A DNA stretch of 63,972 nt, counting the filler, from Reticulomyxa filosa (lineage: Eukaryota > Protista > Foraminifera), in NCBI GenBank assembly GCA_000512085.1. It is 20 parts of 20 records of this genome, joined end to end, with 100 filler letters (N's around TTAATTAATTAA, not from the genome) between each part and the next. Parts side by side here need not be neighbours in the genome. Positions count along the whole stretch, not along the records: positions 35,822 to 38,139 come from ASPP01020672.1; positions 38,240 to 39,320 come from ASPP01000632.1; positions 39,421 to 46,797 come from ASPP01001573.1; positions 46,898 to 48,384 come from ASPP01035723.1; positions 48,485 to 50,525 come from ASPP01003337.1; 15 more parts are not named here. One strand, given 5' to 3'. The notes under the pieces were generated by a model, which worked only from the letters and a program-made list of their open reading frames with translations, was not told the origin of the DNA and ran no database searches. Positions within the stretch are counted from its first letter, which is position 1. Each line of letters starts with the position of its first letter. Below, one piece after another: positions 36,297-50,625 of the stretch. The translations under genes and the position numbers were made by a program.

Positions 36297-38139
36297 CAAT
36301 ATATTTGTTATTATTATTAACAAAACATGAAACAACACAACAACAAACAATAGAAAGTGACCCAAATGTATACCGACAGTCTGACTGATTAATTCATTGT
36401 CCTCTTGTTCATCGTCATCATAGTCATCATCTTCAAATTCCTCGTCATCACCAGCTTCGGCGATTAATTGTCGCAGTTCGTCGTCATCCAATTCTTTTAG
36501 TTTCATTTCTTCTTGGGCGTCTTCTTCTGCAATTTCCTTATCAATTTTGTCTTGCGCAGCTAAAAAGCCTCTGGGAGCTGTCTCTCCAAACCCATCATCA
36601 GGAAATTTGACCATCAACCCATCATCGTCAGTTATAGTCGTCAAACATAGCGCAAACATATCCTCGAATGAGTCCAATTCCAAAAGATCTGATTTCATCA
36701 ACCCCGCCAACTCACTAAAGTATATGAATGTGGACTCACGCAGAGAAGGACTATTCAATTGGACACCGCTCATCACCAACTGGTGATATTTTTCCAAGTG
36801 GGGTCCATACTGTTCGCGGCCAACCGCGGCAGCAACTGCTCCAAGGCATTGCGTGGCTGCTGCACGTAAGTCAAGCAGATTTTCGTCGGTGAGTTGCAGT
36901 AGTTGCGACAAGAGCTTTAACACGTTGGATAAGTGTTTCACAAACGATTGACCAGACGCAGTTGCAACAGATGTCAATGTTGCCACTGCTTGCACTTGTA
37001 ATTTCTTATGTTTGCTTTGCAAGCATTTGTGCTATTTTAAAACATCACATTATTGTTATTGTTATTATTATTACGTATATACATATAAATATAGAGTTAA
37101 AAAAAAAAAAAAAGGCTGTCCTAAATAATTATAAATTCAAAATAAATAAATACTTAAAAAAAAAAAAAAAAAATAATGAAAGAAAAGTGAATGTTGGAAA
37201 TGCGATGCAAAGTGTGGCAACATATACAATGGTTAAATACTCCACGAAACAATGGTGGCCATGATAGAATCTAAGTAATGTTCAATTTTAAAATCAATGT
37301 CAGACTTTGCTATATGATCATCAAAGCAGTCAATAAACAATTCAATAGTGTTGAGTGCTTTGTCAATCACCCGAATGTCTTCATTGGGGCACTCCACTGC
37401 TTTGAAGATTTCGGGGAGCAACATTTTGTGATATTTGGTCATGTCGTCCGCCACATGTGTGCAAAGTTGACTCAAAGCTTCAAAGGCACATTTGCGACAA
37501 TAAGTGTCGTTGTCTTTTATGCCCTTGATTGCAATGTGCAGCAATTTCGATAATGTTTGTCCTTTGCTGATCGTAAGATTGCAACCCTCGGCCATCATTG
37601 CCATTATCACAAAAGCACTTTTACGTTTGCTTGGATTTTCATCCGTCCTTAATTTTTCAATTGCCTATTCAAACCAATTTGATCGTTGTCAGTCAGTCAG
37701 TCATTCAAGCAAACATTGACAAATAATATAAAACAAACAAAAAATCTAAGGATGCATCCCTTCCTTTTAAAAAAATTTTTCCCTTCTCTCTCCCCTCCCC
37801 CCCTTCTTTTTCATCCAATGTGCAAGAAACAAAACTTGGATTGCCAAGGGAAAACAAGTTTCCGATGGAATATTTAAAAAAATTTCATCCAATAAATCGC
37901 AGGCAATTCCTGTGGCAGTTACAAAATCAACATTTTCGCCATTGTCATCGAATGATCTCTCTTCAATGTCTTTGCTTTCCATCAAAAGAGTCACACACAG
38001 ATGCAAGAAATGCTCCACGAATTTGTACTTCAACACGAGTTTGGGTTTTGCCTTGCACATCCACGTCATATAATTTACTGCTTGTTTTCGAACTGTCATT
38101 GGCAATTGCTCCTTTTTTTTTCCCCCCCCCCCCCCCCCC
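35822..38139 (-). CDS. Importin-4 (Kap123-like) karyopherin, internal exons
   Basis: HEAT-repeat text: IMAMMAEGC, VATLTSVATASGQSF..., LRAAATQCLGAVAAAVGRE, LRESTFIYFSELA, an acidic loop, then LNVTTGFMEEKAAA. Confidence 0.85.
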
Positions 38140-38239
38140 NNNNNNNNNNNNNNNNNNNNNNNNNNNNNNNNNNNNNNNNNNNNTTAATTAATTAANNNNN
38201 NNNNNNNNNNNNNNNNNNNNNNNNNNNNNNNNNNNNNNN

Positions 38240-39000
38240 TTAGAGTACTGTGTGGGACGAGGTGCTCATTTTAACTTGGATAGGATCTCACTCTTGCTAA
38301 AAAAAAAAGTACAAATATTTTTCTCTTGAATGGTATCATTGGTACTTGAAAAGATTACATTCTTTCCACTTTCTCAATATCTAGATTCGTTGTTGCTTCC
38401 TTTCTTCTTTTTCTGATCTTCTACACATCCAAAATTGTAGATGGAGCATTTTGGAGTTCTTCGTTTCTTTGATTCATCCCATTGTCTTTTTATTCTTTTT
38501 CTTGTTGTATTTCATTGAAATGGTCACAAAATTCTCCAATTGTTGTGTTTTTCTCCCAAATATCTTCAATATCGATGTTTGAGATTTCAATTGATATCCA
38601 TTTATAGGATCAATCACCAATATTGGATAATTCTTGCAGAATTCTTTTCTGATCTTCATTTCCAAATGTTCTTTTGGTTCGTTTGATTGATTGACACTCA
38701 ATTCAGAATGTCTCATCTTTTTGTTCAGTGAAGATACTGGAAACTATAATCAATTCCCTTCTGCAATAAACAGATGTGGGGCGTGCTTCTGATGCAAGTT
38801 TTGTTCCTTGGAATAAAATCCGTTAATATTGGACTACTGATCATAGATCTGCTTGCATATTGGTATTTGCAATGTTGATTTCATCTCTTGATCGATTTCC
38901 CATCTTTATCAATTGATTGCAATAATGATTGCTGACTTGATTTCTGCCAATTCACGCATTAGCAATGAGATTTCATCAACATCAATCATTCTTTAGTGAG
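38240..39000 (-). mobile_element. Diverged ORF1 remnant of the same LINE family as 16618-20956
   Basis: PINGYQLKSQTSILKIFG versus PVDGKSLRSTTSVLKLFG (about 17058); IKETKNSKMLHLQ versus IKEKENNKMLCIQ (about 17300); VIFSSTND versus VIFATPND (about 17530). Confidence 0.7.
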
Positions 39001-41205
39001 GTTGTTACGGTGTTGAATATATTCCCTTTGCAGACGTAATCGAGTATACACAGGCCTAGGAACGCAGGTTAATAAAAAAATTTGCTTTTATCAGCCCGTA
39101 TTTTGAGTTTGGAAAAAAGGCTATCCTGGTGGCTGTTTTAAAATACAGTAACCTAAAACGGCACCTTATAGAGATGATTGATTTTCTTCATGAAAAAACA
39201 ACATTCAGACCGTGTAGTTTTTAAATATCATTTTGGTTTTTTATTACATCTTTCCTAATTGTTTAAAAAAATTTGAATATTTTATTCATTTTTGAAAATT
39301 TTCGAGAAAAAGTTGACAATNNNNNNNNNNNNNNNNNNNNNNNNNNNNNNNNNNNNNNNNNNNNTTAATTAATTAANNNNNNNNNNNNNNNNNNNNNNNN
39401 NNNNNNNNNNNNNNNNNNNNTATTAATTTTTTAATCTCCTCCAATGACAATATATTAAGAAATTTTCATAACATATTGCAATTCTTGATCAAATGCTTGA
39501 ATATTGAAATGATTACACTGCAAATTTCTACAGAAACTTCAGAATAATAACGGTCTCTTTTGATCATGACATTATATTTCCACCCGACACGATTCATAAC
39601 CAAATACATTTATGATTACATTAGCGTTGCTCATCCGAATCCTGTGTCATTGTTTTCGGCTCATAAAATATTGAAATTCAATATACTTCTTTCACAAATA
39701 AAAAAAATTTAAACACTATAATAATTAAAAAATCTTGAAGTTATTGTATTGACCTATTTGTAGCAAAGTGACTCAATTTTGTTTTCCATTTTTGCTTGTT
39801 CATTATATTTTGTTTGGCCTCCTTTACACTGCAACTTTTTTTGGCCAGTCGATTGAAATATCTGACATTTCACGCTAACTGATATTTTCAACTAGTAAAA
39901 AACAATGCAACTTTATGATGCATCAAGTAGTAGTCCAATACACTTGACATACCCCCACTGCAACCTATATAAAAAAGTTTTGTATGTCATGCCAGCAGTT
40001 ACTTTCACTTTATTGACTGACCATGTACTAGTTATTTACTTGTTCACCAGTGTTAAGATATTTGTCATTTCAAAAGCAATTACATCAAGTTGTTTTCATT
40101 AAAACAAAAAATTATTGTAAAAAATGTGCCATAAAAAAAAAAATTCACTAGAAAAAATAATTAGAATATAAACCAAAAAGATCATAGCATAAAGCAATTA
40201 AAGTAATAAAACGAAAAAAAATATCTTTCGAGTTAGTTTAAACTTCAAAAAAACAAATTTATCCATAAACTGCAATTCAATTTATATATTCAAACATTCT
40301 ATCAATAAATTTTCAGCTTCTTCTTTTTCACATCAAATAATCAGTAATATACGATCTTTATATGTTATACACGTAATCATTAAATCTAACTTTGCTAGTG
40401 ATTAATCGGCAAATGTTCTTGCATTCACTAAATGTCAGTGATGTAGTAAATCTTCTCCATCGTGTTGTACACAAAATATCGTTGCATGTGCCTTATAATA
40501 TCATTTTCTTTATATATCCAATGTATATTCACTTAATTTAAAAAAAATATATTCAATATATTGTTACGTTTGGTAATTCGGAACGATAGTATACATTTTC
40601 CAACTACACATATCGTTCTGATGATACCTATGTAGACTTAGTCAATCGCAAGTAATTCACTAAGACAGAAAGCGTATTAATGTCATTTAAAAGTCAAATT
40701 GATTTCATTAAAATAATTCTACTGTTCTTCAACACAAAAGAGCGTCCTAAGCCTCTTCTGAACTTTCTGGTTCCTTTGTAATAATGCGTTTCCAGTTGCT
40801 TCTTTCAAAAGTATTTTGAAAAAAATGTTGCCAGAAACCAAACTTTTAATATTAAGAACATCTCTTTCCTTAGTTTTACACGTAAAAAAGTTTTTGAAAG
40901 GACAAAAGTTTTTACAAGACTCGTTCACGAGACATTTCCCTCTGACTCATTTCTTTCCGACTTATAATATTTTTCTCTTTCTAATCGTATGGTTTGCTTT
41001 TATGTTGGGCATTGCACTTTCCCGAAAAAATTGCGAGTGATATTTTTAGGTGATCCTGATTTAAATTCGTTATGTAAACTTCGCACGCAGTAACTGGCCA
41101 ATCCGAAATTGCGAAGAAATTTGTGAAAGGGTTTTTCAAGAGAACACAAAACACTCTTCCAAAAAACAAGTTTTCAATGCTAGTACATTAGATTGACTTT
41201 TTTTT

Positions 41206-42416
41206 TCAATTAAAAAGGTGACGCTTCTTTCGATCGAGTGTCCACAGCTTAATTGTATCGTCAGCGCATGATACAATATCACTATTTGGCGAAACGTCCA
41301 TCTTTACCACATTGTGATGGCTCTTTAATGTATCAATCATCTCACCCGTCGTTATATTCCACCATTGAATAGTATCACCAGAACTCGATACAACAGTCTT
41401 TCCATCAGGAAAAAATTTGACACAAGTAACCACGTGCTCATGTGTTCCTAGTGTACGAACTTCTTTTCCGGACTCCACATCCCATACTCGCACCGTTTTA
41501 TCTTTGGAGCATGTCACTACATAATTCTTCTCTGAACAAAATTGTGCTTTCATTACTGGCCCTGAATGTCCCTCGAACACGTGTACTTTTTCACCTGCCT
41601 CCATTTCCCATATAACACTTGTTGCATCGAAAGACGAGGACAAAACGCGACCATTGGGCAAACATTGCAGTCCTGTTACCCACTCTGGATGTATGAGAGT
41701 TTTTTTCTCCTGTCTGGATCTGATGTCCCAGAGTTTAATTGTTCCTCCTGTCGAACTGCATAAAACCATAGTACTATCCAATGAAAATTGAACTGCTGTC
41801 AGCACCTTGCCATCCCCTGGAGATGTCCATACTTCTTTATTTGTATTTGCATTCCACAATGTAATGCTTCCAGTATCAGAGCACGCTCCAATCCAGTTTC
41901 CATCTGGAGAAAGCTGCGCGTCCTTAAATCTAGTAGAGCTTTTGCGTAAGATTAGACTTTTAGAAGGCTGTGCCAAATTCCATATTTGAATGGTACCATC
42001 CATGGACGACGAAATTATCTCACTTCCATTTTTAATAAAGGTTGCACTTGTTACAGGATAGGAATGTTTAGGAAATTCCTCCACTTGTCTAAAACCTTTC
42101 AACTTTTTTAATGTTGCAAAATTATGTACGTGCCAACAAAAAGAAATATTAAAAATATAATATCTTCTCAATTTGAGCATACAAATGACGGATACTCAAC
42201 GAAGTCATCAACAAGAGTATCCAACTCTATACCCCAGTATGGATCCTCACATATTTTTAATGGCTCTGTCACTCCATATTGGCTCTCTTTTTCTTCTGGG
42301 CGTCTTATAGTAGTTTTTCTTTGCTTTTCTTGGTCCTTTTTTCTTCGACTGCTTTCTTCGGAATTACAGAGGTCATGATATGGAGGGCTAACTTTTCTGT
42401 GCTCGTTGCTTGCCAT
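41206..42416 (-). CDS. WD40-repeat protein (about 7 repeats), 2 exons
   Basis: ATG at 42416 and an in-frame splice EYPSF|LKGFRQ. Repeats SSSMDGTIQIWN, TIKLWD, FEGHSGPV..TCSKDKTVRVWD. Confidence 0.9.
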
Positions 42417-43150
42417 TTGTCTGGTAATCCAGGCAATGTCGAAAATATTATATTTCACCACTCCCACTCAAAAAAAAAGTGTCCACTTCACAAAGAAGGC
42501 AAAAATTCGTCTGCGGAAATCCCTTTCCTAATCCATGTGGTTTAACACAGTGAGAGTATTAAATTGTTTAAAATGGTGTATTTTCAAAAAATTTTATTTC
42601 GTAAATATAATTAAGTTTTGCTCGCTTCATGAAACCATATAATATTGATTTGCTTTTTGGAAAAATTTTTACACATGACTCCATTTCTTATATTTGTTAA
42701 TAATTGAAAAAGTGCCGTTACATTGCCAGCAGAAAGCGTTTCGCCGCGACAATTGGGCAAAATATTTTGCCGTGTCAATTGTGATTTATTTTTCTAGCAC
42801 GATTTTGTAAAAAATACAGTAACTACTTAATTGATAGAATAACCTTTTTGGGTCAGAAAATGGAAGAAAATTTCGTTTGTTTTATTTTGCTGTAATAAAG
42901 CAAATCATATACTGATAGTGCCCAGCTTTTTTCTGAAAACCATTGGGTTTAGTTAAACCTCTAATTCAATAAACCCTTAGTATATACCTTTTGAATTGTA
43001 ATGCTTAGGGGACATGTCAACGAATGATTCAAATTAATGACAAACATAAAATCAAAGTCGGACAAGGATCTCTTACAACATTTTAAAAAGTTTCAAAAGA
43101 TTTGTTGGTAGCAAGCACGAGTTAAATTGTCAAAAGAAGAAAAGAAGAAT

Positions 43151-44803
43151 TTATCCAATTTCTCCTGTGATTGGATCACGATCTTCAAATCGCTGTGCTG
43201 GTCGTTGATAATGGATATATTCCGTGACATAGCCTTGGGTGATTCCATCTCCGCACGAATTAATACATGAATAAACGACAAGTGTGCCCCAATCAAAACC
43301 ATTAATACCTTGTTTCAAAACATCCAAAAGCTGTGGCATAATTTGAAACTCAAATCTCCGAGCACTGCCACATCGTGGACAGTTGGGAATTTCTTTGAAG
43401 GGGTTTTTGACTATGTCATCTTTACAAACCCACAAGGGTTCTACCCATTTGATTTGACTGTCCTTGCTATTTTGGTTTTGATGATAAGTTTCATTTTCAT
43501 TTTCATTCTTAAGTTTGTTTTCATCCTTATTCTCATTTGCATTTGCCTTTGTGATTGTGTTTTCATTTTCATTTGGCTCGTCATTGTCATTGTCATTGTT
43601 ATTCTCCACATATTCTTCCGCATATCGAATAATTTGTCCTGGCGCCCTTTGAATTCGTAACAAACAATTGATAAACACATCGTCAAAGTCTTTTCCAAAA
43701 GCCTTTTCCAATGCCTCCAGCTCACTTTCATTATAATCATTTGAGGTTTTGTGGGTCTTGACGTGTTTGTAAACCTGCAACACGGAGGTCAAATCCTTTT
43801 CTTCCTCGACTTCATCTGCGCCTTCGTCGTCGCGTTCATCGTTGGCAGCTTTTTCATAAATCACTTTGCTGAGATCATCTGGAATACCGTCGTCCAGTGG
43901 TTCCGCTTCAGGCTCAATGCTGAACAATGGAAACCAATAATCAAAGCATTCACGATTGATGTCAGCCCACGTTTCAAACTCTTGTAACTGTTGACAGTAT
44001 TTTCGATGTGATTTATACCAATGCAATGTTTGACAAGTTGTTCCACAATATCCAATTATTGGATTTTCGCATTTGGAACAACGATAACGACTCTTGAGAC
44101 CACAAAGGACACAATTTTTTACATTTTTGTATGTCTCTATTTTTTGGTAGTTTCCAAAAAAAAAGGGGTACAATTTCAAAAAAAAAACAAAAAAAGATTG
44201 TTGGTTGCATTGCAGATGTACCGAGTTGCATAGGCATGAAGTACTGCAAACGCTCCAGCAACTTGGATTCTTCTTCTTCTGATATGCTGTCAATGTCATT
44301 GATCTCATAATAAGGATTAACGCGAGGCAATTGACTTCTCAAAACGATTATTGAACCGTTTTTACCGCAGCACTTGGAGTCTGCACACATAAATACATAT
44401 AATGTGCGATGAAATGACTGCTCAAAGGATGTTAATGGCGCGTACAGCTTTGATTTTTTGGTAGTGTTTATGATTCGTCTTGCAATGAAAGAATCAGACT
44501 TTTGGAAAGTGTGAGGCAAAAAAAAGTTTAAAAGATATCATGATATTGTGTCACACTGACTTGCAATAGAAAACGTAAGCCTTTTTTGCATTGCTTGCAA
44601 AGCAATGGACCTTCAGGTAAAATTTCTGGATTCAACCATGCTGGCTTTCCTCCCACTTTACTTGGAAAGAAAGAACGTAACAGGTAACGTGGATCATCAA
44701 TGGGATCAGCAAAGGCCAACGCTATCCCAGTTGAAGCTTCGGCGTTTGTATTGTCAGATGATGCACTTTCTTTTTTTTTATCATCATGGGCAAGAGACGA
44801 CAT
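43151..44803 (-). CDS. PDCD2: Programmed cell death protein 2 (PDCD2/Zfrp8; zf-MYND plus PDCD2_C)
   Basis: FPSKVGGKPAWL, C..C...LRFLLQ|LYAP, FHRTLYVFMC, VLRSQLPR.N, MYND C..C...YCG..CQ..HW..HR..C, IPNCPRCG..RRFEFQIMPQLL, DWGTLVVYSC..SC. Confidence 0.92.
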
Positions 44804-45087
44804 TTATTTCTACTTGTATTAATTGTGCTCCTTTTTATTCAAACAAAAAACTCGTTTTCATAGTTATTGTTTTTCTTTTAATCTTAAGTACAGCCAATAA
44901 CCATTGAAAGTAATTGTAAATTGTTCTTGTTTAAAGTTGAAAGGTTCGAAAATTCAAAAATATCATCAACAAAAACTTTACAAAATCCTTTTAATAATAA
45001 AGCAACACAACAAAATTAAAGTGAATTTTTGGGTTGTTTTGCGTTTTATCCCAACTCCCAAAAAAAGGATTTCAATAATATATAATT

Positions 45088-46797
45088 TTAATGACTTTTG
45101 TCAGATGATGGCAATACGGGCAACAAACAAGGCAATAATGGTAGAGTAATATCTTTGACCAATTCTCGATATTGAAGTACCTTATCAGCAATAAGTTCAT
45201 CAGTAAACCCAAAAAATTTTGCGATGTCTTTCAAATTAGCACTGGCTCCATATCTATCAACACCAATTTGATAATGTGAATATTTTTGCCAACTACTTGT
45301 TGATGCTGCTTCAACGGAAATAACTAATCCCTTGCCCAATAATTTCTTTTTATATTCGAGTGGTTGTTGTGCAAACAATTCCAAGCAAGGCGCGCTTAGC
45401 ACATGAACAGTGAGATGATGTTTGGAATTTAATAATTTGGCTGCTCCAAAAGTTGGTCCAACTTCACTGCCTGTTGGTGAATATTTTGATTATTTCTTAG
45501 TTGATATTTTTTTTTTTTTTTTACCAAAAAAAATCAAAATAAATATTTCATTTACTCACCAGTCGAAATCAAAACGACTGGATGTTCTGTTTCTTTTGAC
45601 TCTTTATCAAATGTTGCTAAATGATAAATGCCATGACTCACACCCTCACGAGATGTATTATCCAAAGACACGACATTTTGTCTTGACAAGCATAGTACTA
45701 TTCCTGAATGACGTAATTTTTCCACAGCCACGATCCAACTTCCAACAATTTCGTTTCCATCAGCAGGACGAAATGTGTACAAGTTTGGTGTTGCTCTCAT
45801 CAAAGGAAGAACCTCAATTGGTTGGTGAGTAGGTCCATCTTCACCTGTTTTATTTTTTTATTTTTATCTTTATGTTTAATTATGAATGGTTTTCTTCTTT
45901 TTATTATTCTCCTTTTTTTTAAAAATGACTTATGTTTTCGACAACATACCCAAGAAAACGCTGTCATGAGTCATAATGTAGATCTGTCTTAAGTGTGACA
46001 AAGCACCCAAGCGGACTGCGCCCCAGCCATAGGTGATAAAGTTCAAGAATGTTGAACTGAAGGGAATTAATCCGGAACCATAAGCGGCTATACCATTGCA
46101 AATGGCAAACATGCCAAATTCTCGCACACCAAAGCGGAAGTATCGGCCATCATAACTATTGCTTTGGAAATCATGTGATTTTTTAATATCTGTCTTTGTA
46201 GATGGTGTCAAGTCCGCACAACCACCAATTAATTCTGGAAGAACATCAGCAATGTTATTCAATATCTTGCCTGTCAACAAAGATCATATTCAATATTCAA
46301 TGAAAGAATGTTCTTTTTTTTAAAAAAATTGTATTGACACTTATTTTTTGATTTCATAAGTCGTTTTCAAATGGGAAAAAAACAAACCGTTGATGTTTCT
46401 CGTAGCATCGCTTGGGGTTTGTGCATTAAAAGTTGGCAGCCCTTTTTGCCAATCTTTGGGTAACTCTCCACTTAGGATGCGTTTCAATACGAGTCCTTCG
46501 TCTTTATATTCTCGAGAATACTTTTCCAAGAGATCATTCCACGCTTTCTCCGCTTGTTGTCCTCTGCTGAGAATGGTCTCCTCGTATTTTTGTCTCACTT
46601 TTTCACTTACCACAAAGGACTCTTTGGGGTCAAATCCGTTTTTGCGTTTGAAATCGGCCAGCACTTCTGGTCCCAATGGTGAGCCGTGGACACCATGGGT
46701 ATCTTCCTTTGTGGAACCATAGCCTATCAATTCGAACACAAACACACATTAGTTATGTTTATCACTTAATCTCAAAAATGCCCCAAAAAAAAAAAAA
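45088..46797 (-). CDS. TKT: Transketolase, 3' part (multi-exon)
   Basis: GYGS..EDTHGVHGSPLG, GGCADLTPS, GRYFRFGVREFGM, THDSVFLG|EDGPTHQP, FRPADGNE, LSRQN, ISVEAA, IGVDRYGASA. Confidence 0.96.
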
Positions 46798-47695
46798 NNN
46801 NNNNNNNNNNNNNNNNNNNNNNNNNNNNNNNNNNNNNNNNNTTAATTAATTAANNNNNNNNNNNNNNNNNNNNNNNNNNNNNNNNNNNNNNNNNNNNTGA
46901 TCAAATATCCTAAAGATGTTTCGATCTGTGATATTGAGATAATTATACACACGTATATCACTGTATGCTCTTTGTCTATCTGATGTGCAAAGATGGCTCT
47001 CTCTGTGCCGACCTCTTCATTGTATTGCATATGACGTTCCACTCTCCTCTTTGGAGAACATCCACAGACTTTCCTTTGATATGCCCATTTGATTATCAAA
47101 TCATTTTTTGAACGCAAACTCATATATTTGTAAATGACAATCAACAAATATGTTCTGTCTTAGTATTGAACACTTTGTGACCAGGTTCTCTCTTTTCAAG
47201 CCGCAAAATAACTACCAGAAACGACAATTCCAACTTCGAAATATTAGAAATATCATCATTTAGATGGCGTCTTTTTGCCAGATTTCCATTTTGATGATTA
47301 TCAATCGCATCTTTTTTTTTTTCCTTCTTGCCCCCTCTGCTGTCATATTTACCAGTTTACGTTTGTTATTTTAAATACAAAAATTACTGCATTTTTTCGA
47401 AACATATCAATACCCCTTCTTTCATATTACTATATCCTCGTTTTTTTCAAAATATTTTGTGTGGTTCTTCTGTATGTAAAGAATTCATGTCTTTAAAGAG
47501 TTTTATTTAACATTTCTTTTTGGTGTCAAAGAAGAACTTTAGAAACGAGTTTTGACGTCGTTTTCGAAAAACAAAGAGCACTTGTGAAAAATCTGTTGAA
47601 CATTAAGAAAACAGACTCGTCATTAGAAAGTATGCAGTACCTGTCTTATTCAATCTTTTTTGACAGTAAAACTAAGAGAATATTACATGGACTTA

Positions 47696-48384
47696 TGAAT
47701 GACTTGGCAGAAAGTGACTCAAAGGCATACCAAGAATTCCTGGACTCAACATAAGGCTTGTATGGAGTCGCAAAAAGATGGACAAGTGCAAGAGATAATT
47801 TACAGCGAACAAAAAGAAGAGCACAAAATGAATCAACGAGTATTGGAAACAACACTTGTGAAGCCAAGAAAAGAGGTGGAAGATAAGATATGCTTTGGTT
47901 TTCAATGCAAATACCGCAATTGGCTCAAAGTGAAGGTGAAACTATTGCAAAATATACATGCAAATGCAAATGCAAATACAATAATAAAAGATGTACCAAA
48001 TGACAATAATTTGGCAATGAGTGGCGGCGACAAATTATTCATCGATTTTTTGAAAAGCACTTATGCTAAACCACTATATCTCAAAGACAAAATAACGGAT
48101 CCTATTAATATTCAAAGTGTTCTTCACAGTCTCCAATCTTGTCCAAATATTTCCGTTCCTTTCCAGTCCAGTGTTTTATTGGTTGAAAAAATCATTGTGC
48201 GTATACTACATACATAAACATAAATATATTTGTATTTGTATATATATGCATATATATATGTACATATGTTTGTACATCCTTATTTTTTTTTAAATAAACA
48301 AAAAGCAAGTTTTGTTGCAATCTCTGACACCTATGTGATCGTGAATAGATTTCCGTTGTTCCAAAAATTGGTGACTTTACTCAC
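47696..48384 (+). pseudogene. Possible PIH1-domain (PIH1D2-like) gene, frame-disrupted
   Basis: MNDLAESDSKAYQEFL (PIH1D2-like N-terminal motif) stops early. Another frame carries ICFGFQCK...KLFIDFLKS...ISVPF. Weak, by eye only. Confidence 0.3.
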
Positions 48385-50216
48385 NNNNNNNNNNNNNNNN
48401 NNNNNNNNNNNNNNNNNNNNNNNNNNNNTTAATTAATTAANNNNNNNNNNNNNNNNNNNNNNNNNNNNNNNNNNNNNNNNNNNNTTTTTTTTTTTTTGCT
48501 TTCTTAGTTTTCAGTTTGAAAGTCCTTTAACGCTTTTGTTTGAGTTTTATTTCACACCAAGTTTTTTTTAGTATGAATTTTGTTTGGATTTAGAAAAAAA
48601 TCCTTCAAAGGGTTTGAACAAACAAATAATAATACTACTAAAGAATCTTTACAAATGTAACTTACTTTATGATTTTTGCTGAATTGATTATTGACTAGCA
48701 ATCAAATCAAAAAAATGAATAAAAATGGTTTCATGCATAGTTTGGAGTTTTTACCAAGAACAAAAAGTGCTCTAGCAAGTCCTTCTGGACCCAATTGATT
48801 TCATAATAATTTTTTCTTATATTGTGTGTCGTTTAAAAAATTCAAATTCATAATTTTTAAGTCAATTCTAAATTAGAAATAAATATTTTGGTTTAATTGA
48901 TTTTTACCATAGTAAAATAATCAAAAAGTACATTGAACTAAAAGGTTAATAAAACATTCAAAAGTGTATGTACGTAATTGATAATTTTGAAAATGAAATA
49001 GATTATAAATTATCAATCTGAAAAATCAAAAAATTGCAAATTTCTATAGTATAAATGTAAGATATAACTACTATCAATTTTCAGAAAATTATATTTTTTC
49101 ATTATGGAGATATTTGCATTTAAGTAAAAAAACGAATGAAAATTCGCAACATCTCAACACTTTTGACACAATTGTATTTATTCAAACAAATAAAATCAAA
49201 TCTTGATATATGATTGATAAGAAAGTAACGTTTTAGTGATAGACGTAAAAAAAAATTAGGCTCAATTGATCTTTTCCACTGTACAATAATTATTGTCCAT
49301 TATTGATCATTTCATATGCTTTTTTATTTAATTCTTTCCATTTCGATATTTCATCTTTTATCTTTGAAATTGTTTTTTATACAAATAAGTGATTGAAATG
49401 TTATATTATAAATAAACGAATATCTATAAAAATCTTTTTATTGTCAAATAATTGATCAGCGATCTAAACTATTATTTGTTATCCAAAAAATAAATCATAC
49501 ATTTAAATAATATTTACAAAATAATTTCCTATTTCTTCATTAAATGTGAACACAGCAAAGATTTGTGTTTATGTAAAAAAAACCACTTTTCAAAAATTTA
49601 ATGGATAACTTTAACATTTCAATAGACAAAAATTTACTTTATTATGTCAAAATTTAATATCAATCTTTGAGCTAAATTTTTGAATAATTATTTGATATGG
49701 TAAATATATTCATGAAATGTCAAATGAAAATTTATCAACTTTATTGTTATGATCAAAATGCATTCTTTCATTACGTAATTATAGAATTTTCGTTTGTTCA
49801 AATGTTTTAGACCAAGTTGAATATTATATTATTAAATAACATAAAATATTTATCAAAGTCATAAATTTATTCTCTTTTAATAATATTCTTACATTATCGA
49901 TGTTCCACCAAATTAATTTGGGTGAAATTTTTAAGGATCAATATAATCCATTTCAAATTACATTTATTGATCCAAAAAAAATATATTTACTTTGCTGTAT
50001 GCCTTTCAAATTTAGGATATCTTTTCCCTTTCTTGCACCTTACAATTGAATACAATTTTCATTTATTATGCTTTTCAATCCTTTCAAATATTGATGCAAC
50101 TTTTCCATTTTTTTTAAACAACAAAGTAAGATAAAACAAATCTTTCAATGGTTGCATTCAATCAAATCAAACAAGTTTAATAACACGTTCATTTCTTATT
50201 CGACAAAAAAAGTAAA

Positions 50217-50525
50217 TTATCCCCAAATACGAATGGGACCTTTGTATGAGCCATAACACAAATTCAAATCATGTCTGACATTCTTTGTCTTTTCTTTCTT
50301 TTTCAATTCAATAAATTTAAGACAAATTATTCCATTATCTTCTTTATCATCTCCTTTGATCATAAATAATTGATCTTATTTGATCGAATATCCCAAAAAC
50401 GAATTGTATTGTCAATTGATCCAGAACATATCACATTCGAATTACCAATATTATTTTTATTACAAATGGAGAATATTCAACAGACCAAACCCAATTTGTA
50501 TGTCCATTGAACACTTGAATTTGTT
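50217..50525 (-). pseudogene. 3' end of a lineage-expanded WD40 gene with three frameshifts
   Basis: QIQVFNGHTNWVWSVEYSPF / NSNVICSGSIDNTIRFWDIRS / GIICLKF / LNLCYGSYKGPIRIWG-stop, spread over shifting frames. Confidence 0.8.
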
Positions 50526-50625
50526 NNNNNNNNNNNNNNNNNNNNNNNNNNNNNNNNNNNNNNNNNNNNTTAATTAATTAANNNNNNNNNNNNNNNNNNN
50601 NNNNNNNNNNNNNNNNNNNNNNNNN